Of a stretch of 64,000 nucleotides of DNA, positions 8,995 through 19,184 are shown piece by piece. Within the stretch, counting starts at the first letter, position 1, and every line of letters starts with the position of its first letter. The stretch is from positions 192,001 through 256,000 of the forward strand of contig JBEKDT010000002.1 in assembly GCA_050014195.1 (NCBI GenBank), given 5' to 3'. Source of the DNA: Desulfomonilia bacterium (lineage in GTDB: Bacteria > Desulfobacterota > Desulfomonilia > UBA1062). The notes under the pieces are model-generated. The model was not told the DNA's origin and made no database searches. It was given only the letters and a program-made list of their open reading frames with translations. The position numbers and the translations under genes are program-made.

Positions 8995-11900
8995 TCAGCT
9001 CATTATACGCAGGATAGCATCTGCCAGCTCGGATCTTGAAAACGGTTTGAGCATGTATTCATGGATACCCGTCCTTTGTTCCTGCAGTTCCTGCAGCGCC
9101 CCTTCAGAACCGGAACACACAATAACAGGGAAGTCTTTTCGGATCTCATGCACACGAGTTGCCAGCTCATGACCCTTCATCAGCGGCATTACCTGGTCGG
9201 TTATCAACAGGGAGAACTTATCCGGATCACTCCTGAAAAGGCTTAAGGCCTCCTGGGGATCAGTGGTTGCAGTAACGCGGTATCCAATATGAACGAGGAG
9301 CTGATGGATACTGCGCAATTCCGCATTGTTGTCATCGACCAAAAGGATATGTTTCTCGTTGTGTCCGTTCATATTCAGACTTGATATAAGAGTCTGATTC
9401 CCGGAATCAAGATACAGCGGGAAGAAGATCTCGAATGTTGCCCCCTTTCCAACCTCGCTGTGAAGGAGTATCGAGCCTCCGGCATTCTTTACCACCTCAT
9501 GCACCACGGCGAGACCAAGCCCGGTGCCTTTGCCCGACTTCCTGGTGGTAAAGAACGGGTCGAATATCTTGTCTTTTATTTCCGGGCTGATCCCATATCC
9601 GGTGTCACGAACAGTGAGTTTAACGTATCTCCCCGGGGTGAGATCATTGACAAAGGCTTGAGAGGCTTTTGCGATCTTTGTTTCCTTGAGTGTGACACTG
9701 AGAGACCCTTTGTCGGACTTCATGGCCTGCATCGCATTGGTGCAGAGATTGAGAATCAGCTGATATATCTGGGTCGGTTCTGCCTGTACAAGACTTTTTT
9801 GGGTGGTTATCGATTGCCTGAATTTGACATCAGGAGGGAGAGACCGAATGAAGAAGGCCAGGGCATCCTTGACAACAGGACCAACAACAACGGGTTTAGA
9901 GAGAGATTCTTTTGTGGCGCCGAACAACTTGATCTGCTTGACCAGGTTTTTCCCGAGCTGTGCTGCATCGATTATCTGATCAAGGTACTCCCGCTCCTGT
10001 GTCCCTTTAAGAAGTGTATCCGATATGAGCTCTGAATTAATAAGAATAGGCTGAAGCACATTATTGAAATCGTGGGCTATTCCACCTGCCAATTTACCCA
10101 GCGCCTCTATTTTCTGTGCTTGGATGAGTTGAGTCTCGAGTCTATTCTTTTCTTCTTCCGCCCGCTTGCGTTCGGTTATGTCCTTCACCGTGTGAATGAC
10201 TCTAATGATTTCTCCTTTGTCGTTAACTACCGGGTCCACAGAGGCAAGGAACCACAGGTCTCTTGTTTCATCATGATGTTCAACCTCCTCATGTCTTTTT
10301 GTCTTCAACGTCTTTGCCAGAGGACATCCATCAATGGGCCCATCCGTATTGTGCATCAGGGAGAAGCAGTGGTTATTGGTAATCTTATCGAGGGGCAGGT
10401 CGAAGAAAGAAGCAGCAGCGGCATTCACCCGGTAAATCTTAAAATCCTCATCAAGGATCATCACATGATCTTTAATGGAGTCAAAGGTGACCTGCCAGTC
10501 GCGTGCGGCTTTTCTTAGCTCTTCATCCAGATGCTTTCGCTCGGTAATGTCAAAGAGGGTCGACCGGCTCAAGACATACTTGCCTTCATTGTCTTTAACG
10601 GCAGTTGCGTTCAGGAGCACCGGCATGATGGTACCGTCTTTGCGTATCATCTCGAATTCGAGATTGTTGATCCATCCTTGCTCTTTGAAACGGGGAAAAC
10701 TATCCATAAAGGTCTGTAGGCTTTCAGTGGTGAGGATGTCTAAAAACCTCATCTTTCGGACGATTTCTTCTCTCGTGTACCCGAGCCATTTAAGCTCGGT
10801 GTCGTTTATCCGGACAAAGAAACCGTCTTTGTCCAGTGAGTGATAGCCGCACGGTGCACTGTTATAAAGATCGTGAATCTCTGCAGAGGATTGCTGAATG
10901 GCCTCCTCCGAACGTTTGCGCTCGGTCACATCATTCAGTACGTAGACCAGAAAGGCTATTTCGCCGACATCATCAAACACGGGATAGAGAGACAGGTCCC
11001 AATAAGAAACCCCCCACTCCGGATGATCGGGAAAGACAAACGGCCTTGCAAAGACATTATACGGCTCTTTCGTTTCAATAACCCATTGAAACTTTTCTTT
11101 CAGTTCATCCGATGGGTAATATTCGAAGTGGTTATGGCCGGGGAATTCCGATACATCTCGATGACATACCTTGGCATATGCATCATTCACACGAATGAAG
11201 TTGAAATCCCTATCAAGAAATACCATACAGGTGGATGAATGTTTGAAGAATGTCTCTAATTCTCTCGTTTTTTCTGAGAGAATATTTTCCGTCCGCATGC
11301 GCTCGGTGATCTCGGCCTCTAATGCTTGAATGGCATTGACCAGCTTTTCTGTTCTTTCTTGTACTTTCAACTCAAGCTCGTCGTGCGCCATACGAAGCGC
11401 CTCTTCCGCCTTCGCATGCGCTACGCGCAACCTGATCGCTGTTATTCCATACGCAAGGTCATAGGCCAGTTCAGTAAGTAATTTCACCTCATCTTCCGAG
11501 AATGTATCCGGTTCTCTTGAATATATGGTTATTGCACCGAAGGCCTTGCTGCCTTCCATAAGAGGAAGGACTATTGAAGATGCATACCCTCGCTTTCTTG
11601 CCTCTTCACGCCAGGGCTTGAAGAGGGGGTCGGTCAGCATATTCCTGCACGTACTTACTTTCCCTGTTCTGATAGCCGTGCCCGTGGGCCCCCGGCCGCG
11701 TTCGGTATCCGCCCAGGTGATGTTCAATCTTTTGAGATATCCTTCATCAAAACCGGCATGTGCTACTACCCGGACGGTTTTGCCTTCATCCTCTTCGGCA
11801 TACCCTATCCACACCATGGCATGACCGCAGTCTTTCACTATAACCCTGCATACTTCCTGCAGGTACTCTGATTCGTCTGTTGCATGCATCATGGCCTGAT

Positions 11901-12387
11901 TACTATTACTGAGTGCCCTGAGTGTCCTGTTGAGCCTGCTGAGTTCCTCTTCCCTTCTCTTATTTCCGGTGATATCGCGTATGATGATCTGAACAGCAGG
12001 CTCGCCCTGGAAGTCGATCATGCCGCCAACGGACTCAACATATATTACCCGACCGTCAAGACTCAGCATCCTGGTTTCCTGCAAGGGGAGTCTCTGTCCT
12101 GCAAGTCCCTGTCGCATCCGGGACTCCATTACGTCTTGTTCGTCCGGATGAATCAGTTCGAGAACGGTCTTTGCCTGAAGTTGTTTGAGAGTTTCTGCGC
12201 CGTAGAGCTTCAGTGCAACCGAATTTGCGTATAAGAATTTTCCGTTACGGTGCACGATGACGCCGTCAGGAAACGATTCAACTAAAGACCGGTAACGCGC
12301 CTCGCTTGAGCTCAATTCCTCTTCAGCCCTCTTGCGTTCTGTATCGATGCCGGTCTTCTTTAGTTTTTCAACCATTGGTTCCCCCAA
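8995..12387 (-). CDS. Cytoplasmic hybrid sensor histidine kinase (PAS-GAF-PAS-PAS-PAS-HisKA-HATPase-REC)
   Basis: Repeated DITERK PAS ends, GAF (GRGPTG), H-box [20 protein letters not shown], receiver ILLVDD...LITDQVMP; no TM helices; start uncertain. Confidence 0.92.
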   Translation of the reverse strand: MGEPMVEKLKKTGIDTERKRAEEELSSSEARYRSLVESFPDGVIVHRNGKFLYANSVALKLYGAETLKQLQAKTVLELIHPDEQDVMESRMRQGLAGQRLPLQETRMLSLDGRVIYVESVGGMIDFQGEPAVQIIIRDITGNKRREEELSRLNRTLRALSNSNQAMMHATDESEYLQEVCRVIVKDCGHAMVWIGYAEEDEGKTVRVVAHAGFDEGYLKRLNITWADTERGRGPTGTAIRTGKVSTCRNMLTDPLFKPWREEARKRGYASSIVLPLMEGSKAFGAITIYSREPDTFSEDEVKLLTELAYDLAYGITAIRLRVAHAKAEEALRMAHDELELKVQERTEKLVNAIQALEAEITERMRTENILSEKTRELETFFKHSSTCMVFLDRDFNFIRVNDAYAKVCHRDVSEFPGHNHFEYYPSDELKEKFQWVIETKEPYNVFARPFVFPDHPEWGVSYWDLSLYPVFDDVGEIAFLVYVLNDVTERKRSEEAIQQSSAEIHDLYNSAPCGYHSLDKDGFFVRINDTELKWLGYTREEIVRKMRFLDILTTESLQTFMDSFPRFKEQGWINNLEFEMIRKDGTIMPVLLNATAVKDNEGKYVLSRSTLFDITERKHLDEELRKAARDWQVTFDSIKDHVMILDEDFKIYRVNAAAASFFDLPLDKITNNHCFSLMHNTDGPIDGCPLAKTLKTKRHEEVEHHDETRDLWFLASVDPVVNDKGEIIRVIHTVKDITERKRAEEEKNRLETQLIQAQKIEALGKLAGGIAHDFNNVLQPILINSELISDTLLKGTQEREYLDQIIDAAQLGKNLVKQIKLFGATKESLSKPVVVGPVVKDALAFFIRSLPPDVKFRQSITTQKSLVQAEPTQIYQLILNLCTNAMQAMKSDKGSLSVTLKETKIAKASQAFVNDLTPGRYVKLTVRDTGYGISPEIKDKIFDPFFTTRKSGKGTGLGLAVVHEVVKNAGGSILLHSEVGKGATFEIFFPLYLDSGNQTLISSLNMNGHNEKHILLVDDNNAELRSIHQLLVHIGYRVTATTDPQEALSLFRSDPDKFSLLITDQVMPLMKGHELATRVHEIRKDFPVIVCSGSEGALQELQEQRTGIHEYMLKPFSRSELADAILRIMS

Positions 12388-12609
12388 AGGTGAGCCTCAA
12401 CGATCGAATTCATTGTTGTCAAAGGGATAAGAATCCGTCTTCGATACTTGTAAGGGAATGAAATATTTTTCATATTTATATGTACAAACATAGTGATGAT
12501 AATGCACAAACTACCCAAATGCAACAAAACATAAAAACTGAATCACTGATCATCATTTACGGCTTATTGCTTGACATCAGGGGCCTATCATGGCTTATTT
12601 CTATCAGGT

Positions 12610-13338
12610 ATGATCACCTTCAAGAAGGTCAACAAGTGGTTCGGCGAACTCCATGTCCTCAATGACGTGGATTTTCACGTGGATGCAGGTGAGGTAGTGG
12701 TTATCTGCGGTCCCAGCGGATCGGGCAAGAGTACCCTGATCAGATGCATCAACAAGCTCGAGCCCATTCAACAAGGCGAGATCTATGTAGACAATATGCC
12801 CATCCATGACCCGAAGATCAATCTGCGGCGAGTAAGGGAAGAGATCGGTTTCGTGTTCCAGCAGTTCAACCTCTACCCGCACATGACCGTTCTTAAGAAT
12901 ATCACACTGGCTCCCATCCATGTGCGCAAGCAGAAAAAGGAGGAGGCCGAAGCTTATGCCCACATGCTGCTTGAAAAGGTCGATATAGCAGAGAAGGCCA
13001 ATTCCTACCCCGACCAGCTTTCCGGTGGTCAGCAGCAGCGGGTTGCCATTGCCCGTGGATTAGCTATGCGCCCCAAAATCATGCTCTTTGATGAGCCTAC
13101 TTCTGCCCTGGACCCCGAGATGATCAACGAGGTGCTCGATGTCATGAAGACACTCGCCCGTGAGGGAATGACCATGATCGTGGTCACGCATGAGATGGGG
13201 TTCGCCCGCGAGGTAGCTCACCGGGTGGTCTTTATGGACGAAGGCCAGCTCATCGAAAGCGCGCCGCCCGACAAGTTCTTTAGTGAGGCACGGCACGAGC
13301 GCACAAAACTATTCTTAAGCAAGATCTTGACCCACTAG
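12610..13338 (+). CDS. glnQ: Polar amino-acid ABC transporter ATP-binding protein (GlnQ-like)
   Basis: [44 protein letters not shown]. Confidence 0.92.
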   Translation: MITFKKVNKWFGELHVLNDVDFHVDAGEVVVICGPSGSGKSTLIRCINKLEPIQQGEIYVDNMPIHDPKINLRRVREEIGFVFQQFNLYPHMTVLKNITLAPIHVRKQKKEEAEAYAHMLLEKVDIAEKANSYPDQLSGGQQQRVAIARGLAMRPKIMLFDEPTSALDPEMINEVLDVMKTLAREGMTMIVVTHEMGFAREVAHRVVFMDEGQLIESAPPDKFFSEARHERTKLFLSKILTH

Positions 13339-13387
13339 GGGTCTCTACGCATTCTATATAAGAGACATCCTAATAAAGGAGGAGGAT

Positions 13388-14239
13388 ATGAAGAGGATAT
13401 TTACAGGGGTACTCGTCACACTGGTTTTCATGGTACTTGCAGGTCCCACACTTTGTTATGCCGGTACCACCTATGACAAAGTCAAGAAAGACGGAGTTGT
13501 CCGCGTGGGCATGATGTACAACAGCATCCCCGCAGCATACTTCAATGACAAGAATGAGTGGGTGGGCTTTGATGTGGACATAGCCGAAGAGGTGGTCAAA
13601 AGGATCGGCGCTTCAATGGGCAAACAGCTCAAGGTGGAACGGGTCAAGGTGAACAATATCTCGAGGATCTCCATGCTCACGTCAAACATGATCGACATGT
13701 CCGTTGCCAACATGACCCATAAACGCGAGCGCGATAAGACCATCGACTTTTCCATCACCTATTTCTTCGACGGCCAGAAGATCCTTGCCAAAAAAGGTAA
13801 ATTCAAGAGCCTCAAGGATTTCAAGGGCAAGAAGCTCGCATCACAGCAGGGCACCACGAGTGAGAAGAACGCTGTAGCCCTCCTAAAGAGACTCGGCGAC
13901 CCGAATGCGGAGAAGGACGTCATCAGCTTCCAGGATGAACCTTCCTGCTTCCTTGCCCTCCAGCAGGGCAAGGTGGCCGGCTGGACAACCGACAGCACTA
14001 TCCTGTTGGGCTATGCGGCAAAGGACCCCGGCAAGTATGAGCTTGTGGGTGAATTCTTCAGCAGTGAGCCATACGGCATCGGCATGCCGCAGGACGATAG
14101 TGCATGGCGCGGCGCCATCAACTTCGCCCTCCAGGATATGTGGGCTGACGGGACCTACAAGAAGATCTACGACAAATGGTACGGCCCCACCACACCCTAC
14201 TTCTTCCCTTTGACCGAAAAAATCGAGATGTGGCCGTGA
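13388..14239 (+). CDS. Polar amino-acid ABC transporter substrate-binding protein
   Basis: Signal peptide, GFDVDIA, RDKTIDFSITYF, QGTTS, EPYGIG, GTYKKIYDKW; strong AGGAGG RBS. Confidence 0.92.
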   Translation: MKRIFTGVLVTLVFMVLAGPTLCYAGTTYDKVKKDGVVRVGMMYNSIPAAYFNDKNEWVGFDVDIAEEVVKRIGASMGKQLKVERVKVNNISRISMLTSNMIDMSVANMTHKRERDKTIDFSITYFFDGQKILAKKGKFKSLKDFKGKKLASQQGTTSEKNAVALLKRLGDPNAEKDVISFQDEPSCFLALQQGKVAGWTTDSTILLGYAAKDPGKYELVGEFFSSEPYGIGMPQDDSAWRGAINFALQDMWADGTYKKIYDKWYGPTTPYFFPLTEKIEMWP

Positions 14240-14265
14240 TGGGAGAAAGATAACCGCTATGAACG

Positions 14266-14301
14266 AATCTGCGGTCCGGTCATCCGGACCGCAGATTTTT
14301 T
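14266..14301 (+). terminator. Rho-independent terminator-like hairpin between the SBP and permease genes
   Basis: AATCTGCGGTCCGG-tcat-CCGGACCGCAGATT followed by a T-run. Confidence 0.75.
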
Positions 14302-14349
14302 AGAGTCTGTTAAAAATCGTCGCTATCGCTGGTGAGAACATAAACTTTT

Positions 14350-16152
14350 ATGAGAGACTCAACCAAGAACCTGCTCCAGCAGATATGTGTTGTATGCGCC
14401 ATCATTGTCGCTGTCTTCCTTCTCTTCAAACATGCACACTTCGATTATAAGTTCTACTGGGCTGTTCTGTGGGAGGTAAACCCCACCTATAAGGAGATCT
14501 TCGGCCTTTGGCTGCTCAAGGGCTTGTTGCTCACGATTGAGATATCTTTGATCAGTACGGGCATCGCCCTGGTCATGGGCACAATCTTCGGCATAGCAAG
14601 GCTCTCGCGATTCACGCCTACCTATGCCATTGCTACGGCTTATGTCGAGTTCTTCAGAAATACGCCCTTGCTCGTCCAACTCTTTTTCTGGTACTTTGCC
14701 TTCCCCCTGGTCCTCCCCGAGAGCCTGAACACGTACCTCAACGCGCATAACTACGAATTCTGGGCCGCCACATGCGGGCTTGGAATCTACACCGGCGCTT
14801 TTGTGGCCGAAGTTGTACGGGCCGGTATTCAGGCCATTCCCCATGGGCACATAGAGGCAGCCGTGTCCTCAGGGCTCACCGGCGCGCAGATGCTGCGTCA
14901 TGTCATCCTGCCCCAGGCATTCCGCATTATCATCCCTCCGCTCGGCAGTGAATTCCTCAATAATATGAAAAACTCGTCCCTTGCCATGACCATCGGCGTA
15001 GGCGAACTATGCTGGAATTCCCAGCAGATCCAGTCTTTCACCTTCCGTGGGTTCGAGGCCACAACCGCTGCATCGCTCATCTATCTGACCGTTTCGCTCT
15101 CCATCTCGCTCATCATGAACAGCATCAACCACCACCTGGCCATCGGCCAGGCAAAGCGGCTCAATACGGTAGACCGTTTCTTCGCCCTTGTCCTCCGCCC
15201 CGTATTCCTGCTCGGAAGGGCGATATCCTCCATTATTACGGCATTGAAGCGACTACTTAGATTTGGAGAGTTTGCCCCGGTACACGAAGAAGCGATTTAC
15301 GCCTCCATCTGGGAGCGATTAGCCGGAAAGATATGGCAGGTGCTCATCTTATCCGCAAGGGTCCTGTTCGTCTTTCTGTTCATCGGTCTTATCTGTCTCT
15401 TGGGTCTTATCGTCTATAAATACAATTGGCACGTGATCTCCTCCAACATCGTATCACTCCTCATCTGGACCTTCCCCCACGGCGGGCCGGGCGAGATCTT
15501 CTATGGTCTCGGCGGGCTTGCCCTGAGTGTGATTCTGGCTTTTATTGCTCTTCTTGTGAGTTTTTTCATCGGGCTGTTCATTGGGCTCGGCAGGCTTTCA
15601 AAAAACCCGCTTGTCTCCACTCCGAGCGTTCTTTATATCGAGGTCATCCGGGGCAACCCCCTCATTATGGTCATCTTCTGGGTCTACTTCTTCTCGCATT
15701 TTGTCACGGGCTTTCAGATGGACGTATTCTGGAGCGCTACAATAGCCTTTACCATCTTCTCAGGGGCCTACCTGGCCGAGATCGTACGTGCAGGTGTGAG
15801 TGCCATTCCCAATGGTCAGATTGAGGCGGCTACGGCATCGGGTCTTTCCTATTTCCGGGCCATGCGGCATGTGGTGCTGCCCCAAGCCCTCAAGATCATG
15901 ATCCCTGCCTTTGTGGGACAGTTCATCTCCCTGTTCAAGGACACCTCGCTTGCCTATATTGTCGGGGTGTTTGAGCTCACCACTGTTGCCCAGACGCTCA
16001 ACAACCGCCTCATGATCTACCCCTTCGAGATCTACACCACCATTGCCGTGCTTTACTTCATATGCTGCTACAGTATGTCACGTTTTGCCCGCAGGCTCGA
16101 GATTAGGTATACGCCCACCAAGAAAGACTACCGTTCCATGAGCATGGCCTGA
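14350..16152 (+). CDS. Amino-acid ABC transporter permease, fusion of two HisM/HisQ-type domains
   Basis: Two copies of YVE.FR.(T/N)P...AE.VRAG..AIP.G..EAA..SGL...PQA in one 600-aa ORF. Confidence 0.9.
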   Translation: MRDSTKNLLQQICVVCAIIVAVFLLFKHAHFDYKFYWAVLWEVNPTYKEIFGLWLLKGLLLTIEISLISTGIALVMGTIFGIARLSRFTPTYAIATAYVEFFRNTPLLVQLFFWYFAFPLVLPESLNTYLNAHNYEFWAATCGLGIYTGAFVAEVVRAGIQAIPHGHIEAAVSSGLTGAQMLRHVILPQAFRIIIPPLGSEFLNNMKNSSLAMTIGVGELCWNSQQIQSFTFRGFEATTAASLIYLTVSLSISLIMNSINHHLAIGQAKRLNTVDRFFALVLRPVFLLGRAISSIITALKRLLRFGEFAPVHEEAIYASIWERLAGKIWQVLILSARVLFVFLFIGLICLLGLIVYKYNWHVISSNIVSLLIWTFPHGGPGEIFYGLGGLALSVILAFIALLVSFFIGLFIGLGRLSKNPLVSTPSVLYIEVIRGNPLIMVIFWVYFFSHFVTGFQMDVFWSATIAFTIFSGAYLAEIVRAGVSAIPNGQIEAATASGLSYFRAMRHVVLPQALKIMIPAFVGQFISLFKDTSLAYIVGVFELTTVAQTLNNRLMIYPFEIYTTIAVLYFICCYSMSRFARRLEIRYTPTKKDYRSMSMA

Positions 16153-16196
16153 TACAAGGGCATAAAGAGGTCTCATCAGGCTTGTTACAGTTTATG

Positions 16197-16370
16197 TGAC
16201 ACAATGTCATGCCGGTGGGCGGATTTTCATTCTTATTTGTCATTTTGTCACAACAAAATCCCGGTAGAAGTGTTCACTTGTCAAAATGACATTTCGCCTT
16301 CAAATATTATCTCATTTATAATCCTAATTTCAATTAGTTACAACGGTTCATCTCGTGGCATGAACATTGC
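16197..16370 (+). promoter_or_regulatory. Sigma54 promoter with three upstream activator boxes and an IHF-like site (copy 1)
   Basis: TGGCATGAACATTGC (GG-N10-GC) at 16356-16370; boxes TGACAcaaTGTCA 16197, TGTCAtttTGTCA 16238, TGTCAaaaTGACA 16279; TTTCAATTAGTTA 16328-16340. Confidence 0.8.
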
Positions 16371-16410
16371 CTTCTCATTCATCAGAGAAATAAAACAAAG
16401 GAGAACGAGA

Positions 16411-16587
16411 ATGATATCACTCTGGATCGTAATTGGTTGCTTGTTCATGACGGGAATCGGGATCAGGTTCATGTACCGCGTGTTGGGGCTCACCCCGGCC
16501 GAAGCAACTGCCGTTTTCGTGCTCATCGTGACGCTGGTGGGTGTTAATTCGGGCCCTGTCAGGCAGATGATCGCACAGCTCTTCTAA
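16411..16587 (+). CDS. 58-aa two-helix membrane protein, cassette gene A (copy 1)
   Basis: AGGAG RBS; 41/58 identical to the paralog at 32676-32852. Confidence 0.85.
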   Translation: MISLWIVIGCLFMTGIGIRFMYRVLGLTPAEATAVFVLIVTLVGVNSGPVRQMIAQLF

Positions 16588-16611
16588 CAAAGGCATACTG
16601 GAGAAGAAGAC

Positions 16612-16851
16612 GTGAAAAAGGCAATAAAAGACAGGTTACCGAGGAAGCTATCCGGCAGGATAGCCAGGATCAGCGCACTCAGTTTTGTGCTGGTTATCAT
16701 GACATTCCTCGGCCTGTATGTGGGTATGTATGTCGACCAGATCACCCACATGGCGCCCAATTTCACGATGCTTGGACTTATAATTGGTATCGTTATAGGG
16801 TTTAAGGGTTTTGTCGAAGAGGTACTGGTAGAAAGGAGAAAGGAATCATGA
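16612..16851 (+). CDS. AtpZ/ATPase gene1-like small membrane protein, cassette gene B (copy 1)
   Basis: G.Y.G..(L/V)D.....P.F...GL..G...GF pattern typical of the AtpZ/AtpI gene1 family; paralog at 32892. Confidence 0.75.
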   Translation: MKKAIKDRLPRKLSGRIARISALSFVLVIMTFLGLYVGMYVDQITHMAPNFTMLGLIIGIVIGFKGFVEEVLVERRKES

Positions 16852-16955
16852 CATTCGTATTCATTGGTATCGGCGCTGTTTCCTTCATTGCCATCACTGT
16901 ACGTTTTGCATCGAAAGTGAGCACGAAAGAGCCCGAAGCATCCCGTGTGAAGTAA
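16848..16955 (+). CDS. 35-aa single-TM peptide, cassette gene C (copy 1; not in ORF track)
   Basis: ATGA overlap with gene B, AGGAG RBS; MTFVFIGIGAVSFIAITVRF... matches the paralog at 33137. Confidence 0.7.
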   Translation: MTFVFIGIGAVSFIAITVRFASKVSTKEPEASRVK

Positions 16956-16990
16956 ATCCTCTTCCCGGACAAAAGTTTTAAAGAAGTTCC

Positions 16991-17022
16991 AAGGGAGGCC
17001 TTTTCTTGAGGCCTCCCTTTTT
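16991..17022 (+). terminator. Rho-independent terminator of cassette copy 1
   Basis: AAGGGAGGCCT-tttcttg-AGGCCTCCCTT followed by TTT. Confidence 0.8.
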
Positions 17023-17130
17023 ATGTCTTTTCATCCTTTGGACATACGTCAACCAAAAATGAAATTTATTTGACGGCACGGCCCTGCTTCGCTTAGGCTT
17101 TTGTTACTATCATTGCTTCAGGAGGGTTCC

Positions 17131-17706
17131 ATGATATCACGGATAGATCACGTGTCGCTGGCAGTCAGAGATATTGATGCAGCGTTGCGCTTCTTCACCG
17201 ATCTCCTGGGCGCCGTACCCGGCGCTTCAGGCAAAGACCCGGGTATGAAGTATTACTGGCAGATCCTCTCTTTAGGCGACCTGAGCAGGATTGAGCTCAT
17301 CACCCCCACCGGAGAAGGGAGCTTCCTGGACAACTTCCTTAAAGACAAGAAGGGCGGCGTGCATCACATCACCCTGCAGACCCCCGACATACAAAAGGCA
17401 AAAGAGGCGCTTGAAGAGCATAACATCCCCTTTTTCGGGTTCACCAACTACGCGGAGATATGGAAGGAGATCTTCATTCACCCGAAGCACGCCTTCGGCG
17501 TGCTTGTGCAGCTCGCTGAGTTCAATGCGGACGACTGGATTTCACCGTCCCTCAGGATGCCTAAGGACACTAAATGGACCATCAAGAAAGACGATGACGG
17601 TGTTCAACTCAAGTTCGCGCACCCGGGAGGCGGCGCGGCAAGTATTGTGTTGAACAAGGAGGATGCCGGGCGGCTCCTCGATGAATTAAAAGAGGCCATT
17701 AAATAA
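17131..17706 (+). CDS. VOC-family protein (methylmalonyl-CoA epimerase-like) with C-terminal extension
   Basis: IDHVSLAV, IELITP, GGVHHITL, FIHPK..FGVLVQL; GGAGG RBS before ATG 17131. Confidence 0.75.
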   Translation: MISRIDHVSLAVRDIDAALRFFTDLLGAVPGASGKDPGMKYYWQILSLGDLSRIELITPTGEGSFLDNFLKDKKGGVHHITLQTPDIQKAKEALEEHNIPFFGFTNYAEIWKEIFIHPKHAFGVLVQLAEFNADDWISPSLRMPKDTKWTIKKDDDGVQLKFAHPGGGAASIVLNKEDAGRLLDELKEAIK

Positions 17707-17710
17707 GACC

Positions 17711-19105
17711 ATGAATGTCCTGATCCATGTGGACAATGCCATAAGAATCTTTGAGGCCGATCTGCCATTAGAGGCAGTGCAGGCCATAGAGGCGGACCTG
17801 ACGCTGCCAAATCCCAAGTGGGAGCAGGTGGAGACCTACAGCCGCAGCCGCAGGCGAAATTTCCAGCCCGAATTCATCAGGTATTATAAAAGGAAGAGTG
17901 GTGTGCTCCTCATGCCCAGGGGCTACATCCACACCCTCCGCTCCCGTCTGAAGGACGCCCCCTGCACCATCGTGGACAAGACCCGCTTATTGCCGAGCGT
18001 TCATTTTTCATTCAAAACGCAATTGCATCCCTATCAGATCTCAGCGGTCAAAGATGTCATCGGCAGGAGATTCGGTGTGCTGGAGGCACCGCCAGGTGCA
18101 GGCAAGACCGTCATGGCCCTAGCCGTCATTGCCCAGAGAAAACAGCCCGCACTGGTGATCGTCCACACCAAGGAGCTCATGTACCAGTGGCACAAGCGCT
18201 CGTACGAATTCCTCGGCATCCCTTTGGACGAGATAGGACTTATCGGCGATGGGAACAGCCAGATAGGCGACAGGCTCACCATTGCCATCATCAACTCGCT
18301 CTATAAAGTAATCGATGATGTCAAGCCTGTCATCGGCCACCTCGTGGTGGACGAGTGCCACCACACACCTGCCCGCACATTCACCGAGGCGGTGAGCCTC
18401 TTCGACAGCACCTTCATGCTGGGGCTTTCTGCCACACCGTATAGGAGGGACAAGCTCACCAAGATCATCTACTTCTATCTAGGCGACCGGGCGCACCAGA
18501 TCCATTCCCACGAACTCCAGGCCATAGAGAAGATCATGCGGGCCAAGCTCATATTGCGACATACCAACTGCGCCTACTACTTCGATGCGGACGAGTACCA
18601 GTACATGATCTCGGCCCTGGTGAACGATGGGAAAAGGAACAAGCTCATCGTGGAAGACGTGGTGAACCGGGTCTTTACACCTGAAAGCGGGATTGCGCTC
18701 GTCATCTCGGACCGGGTTGCCCACTGTGAGGATCTCTTCAATGCCATTACCGGCCGCGGGGTCAAGGCATGCCTGCTCACCGGCTCGGTGCAGGTCAAGG
18801 AGCGGGCCCGGATAGTAGAAGAACTTAACAGAAACCAGGCACAGGTCCTGGTCGCAACAGCCCAGCTCATCGGTGAAGGGTTCGACCTCAAGCAACTATC
18901 CTCGATTTTCCTGGCTACACCGATTAAATTCACCGGCAGGGTCAAGCAGTATATCGGCCGGATCCTCAGGGTGACCGAGGGCAAGGAAGACGCGTTTATC
19001 TTTGACTACCTCGACACCAACGGCATGCTCAAGAACAGCTTCGCCTCCCGCATGTCGGCATACTACGATTTGGGTGTGAAGCTGGATTCTGTTAAAGACT
19101 ACTAG
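17711..19105 (+). CDS. Superfamily II DEAD/DEAH-type helicase (ResIII/SSL2-like)
   Basis: APPGAGKT, DECHH, GLSATP, GEGFD, QYIGRILR. Confidence 0.88.
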   Translation: MNVLIHVDNAIRIFEADLPLEAVQAIEADLTLPNPKWEQVETYSRSRRRNFQPEFIRYYKRKSGVLLMPRGYIHTLRSRLKDAPCTIVDKTRLLPSVHFSFKTQLHPYQISAVKDVIGRRFGVLEAPPGAGKTVMALAVIAQRKQPALVIVHTKELMYQWHKRSYEFLGIPLDEIGLIGDGNSQIGDRLTIAIINSLYKVIDDVKPVIGHLVVDECHHTPARTFTEAVSLFDSTFMLGLSATPYRRDKLTKIIYFYLGDRAHQIHSHELQAIEKIMRAKLILRHTNCAYYFDADEYQYMISALVNDGKRNKLIVEDVVNRVFTPESGIALVISDRVAHCEDLFNAITGRGVKACLLTGSVQVKERARIVEELNRNQAQVLVATAQLIGEGFDLKQLSSIFLATPIKFTGRVKQYIGRILRVTEGKEDAFIFDYLDTNGMLKNSFASRMSAYYDLGVKLDSVKDY

Positions 19106-19184
19106 TGAACAATAATCCATAGCGATATTCACATGATGGAGCAATAATTGAATATACGGTTTTCATTTCATGCAAACTACTTTT

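Noticed and set aside
16204-16410. N-terminal extensions of gene A in the ORF track (127 aa; also 82 aa from 32604)
   Set aside because: The extensions overlap the promoter elements, are not conserved between copies, and RBSs precede ATG 16411 and 32676.
16411-16587. G-LTPAE in gene A as a prepilin/Flp cleavage motif
   Set aside because: The preceding segment is a hydrophobic helix rather than a charged leader, and no pilus or peptidase genes are adjacent; not fully excluded.
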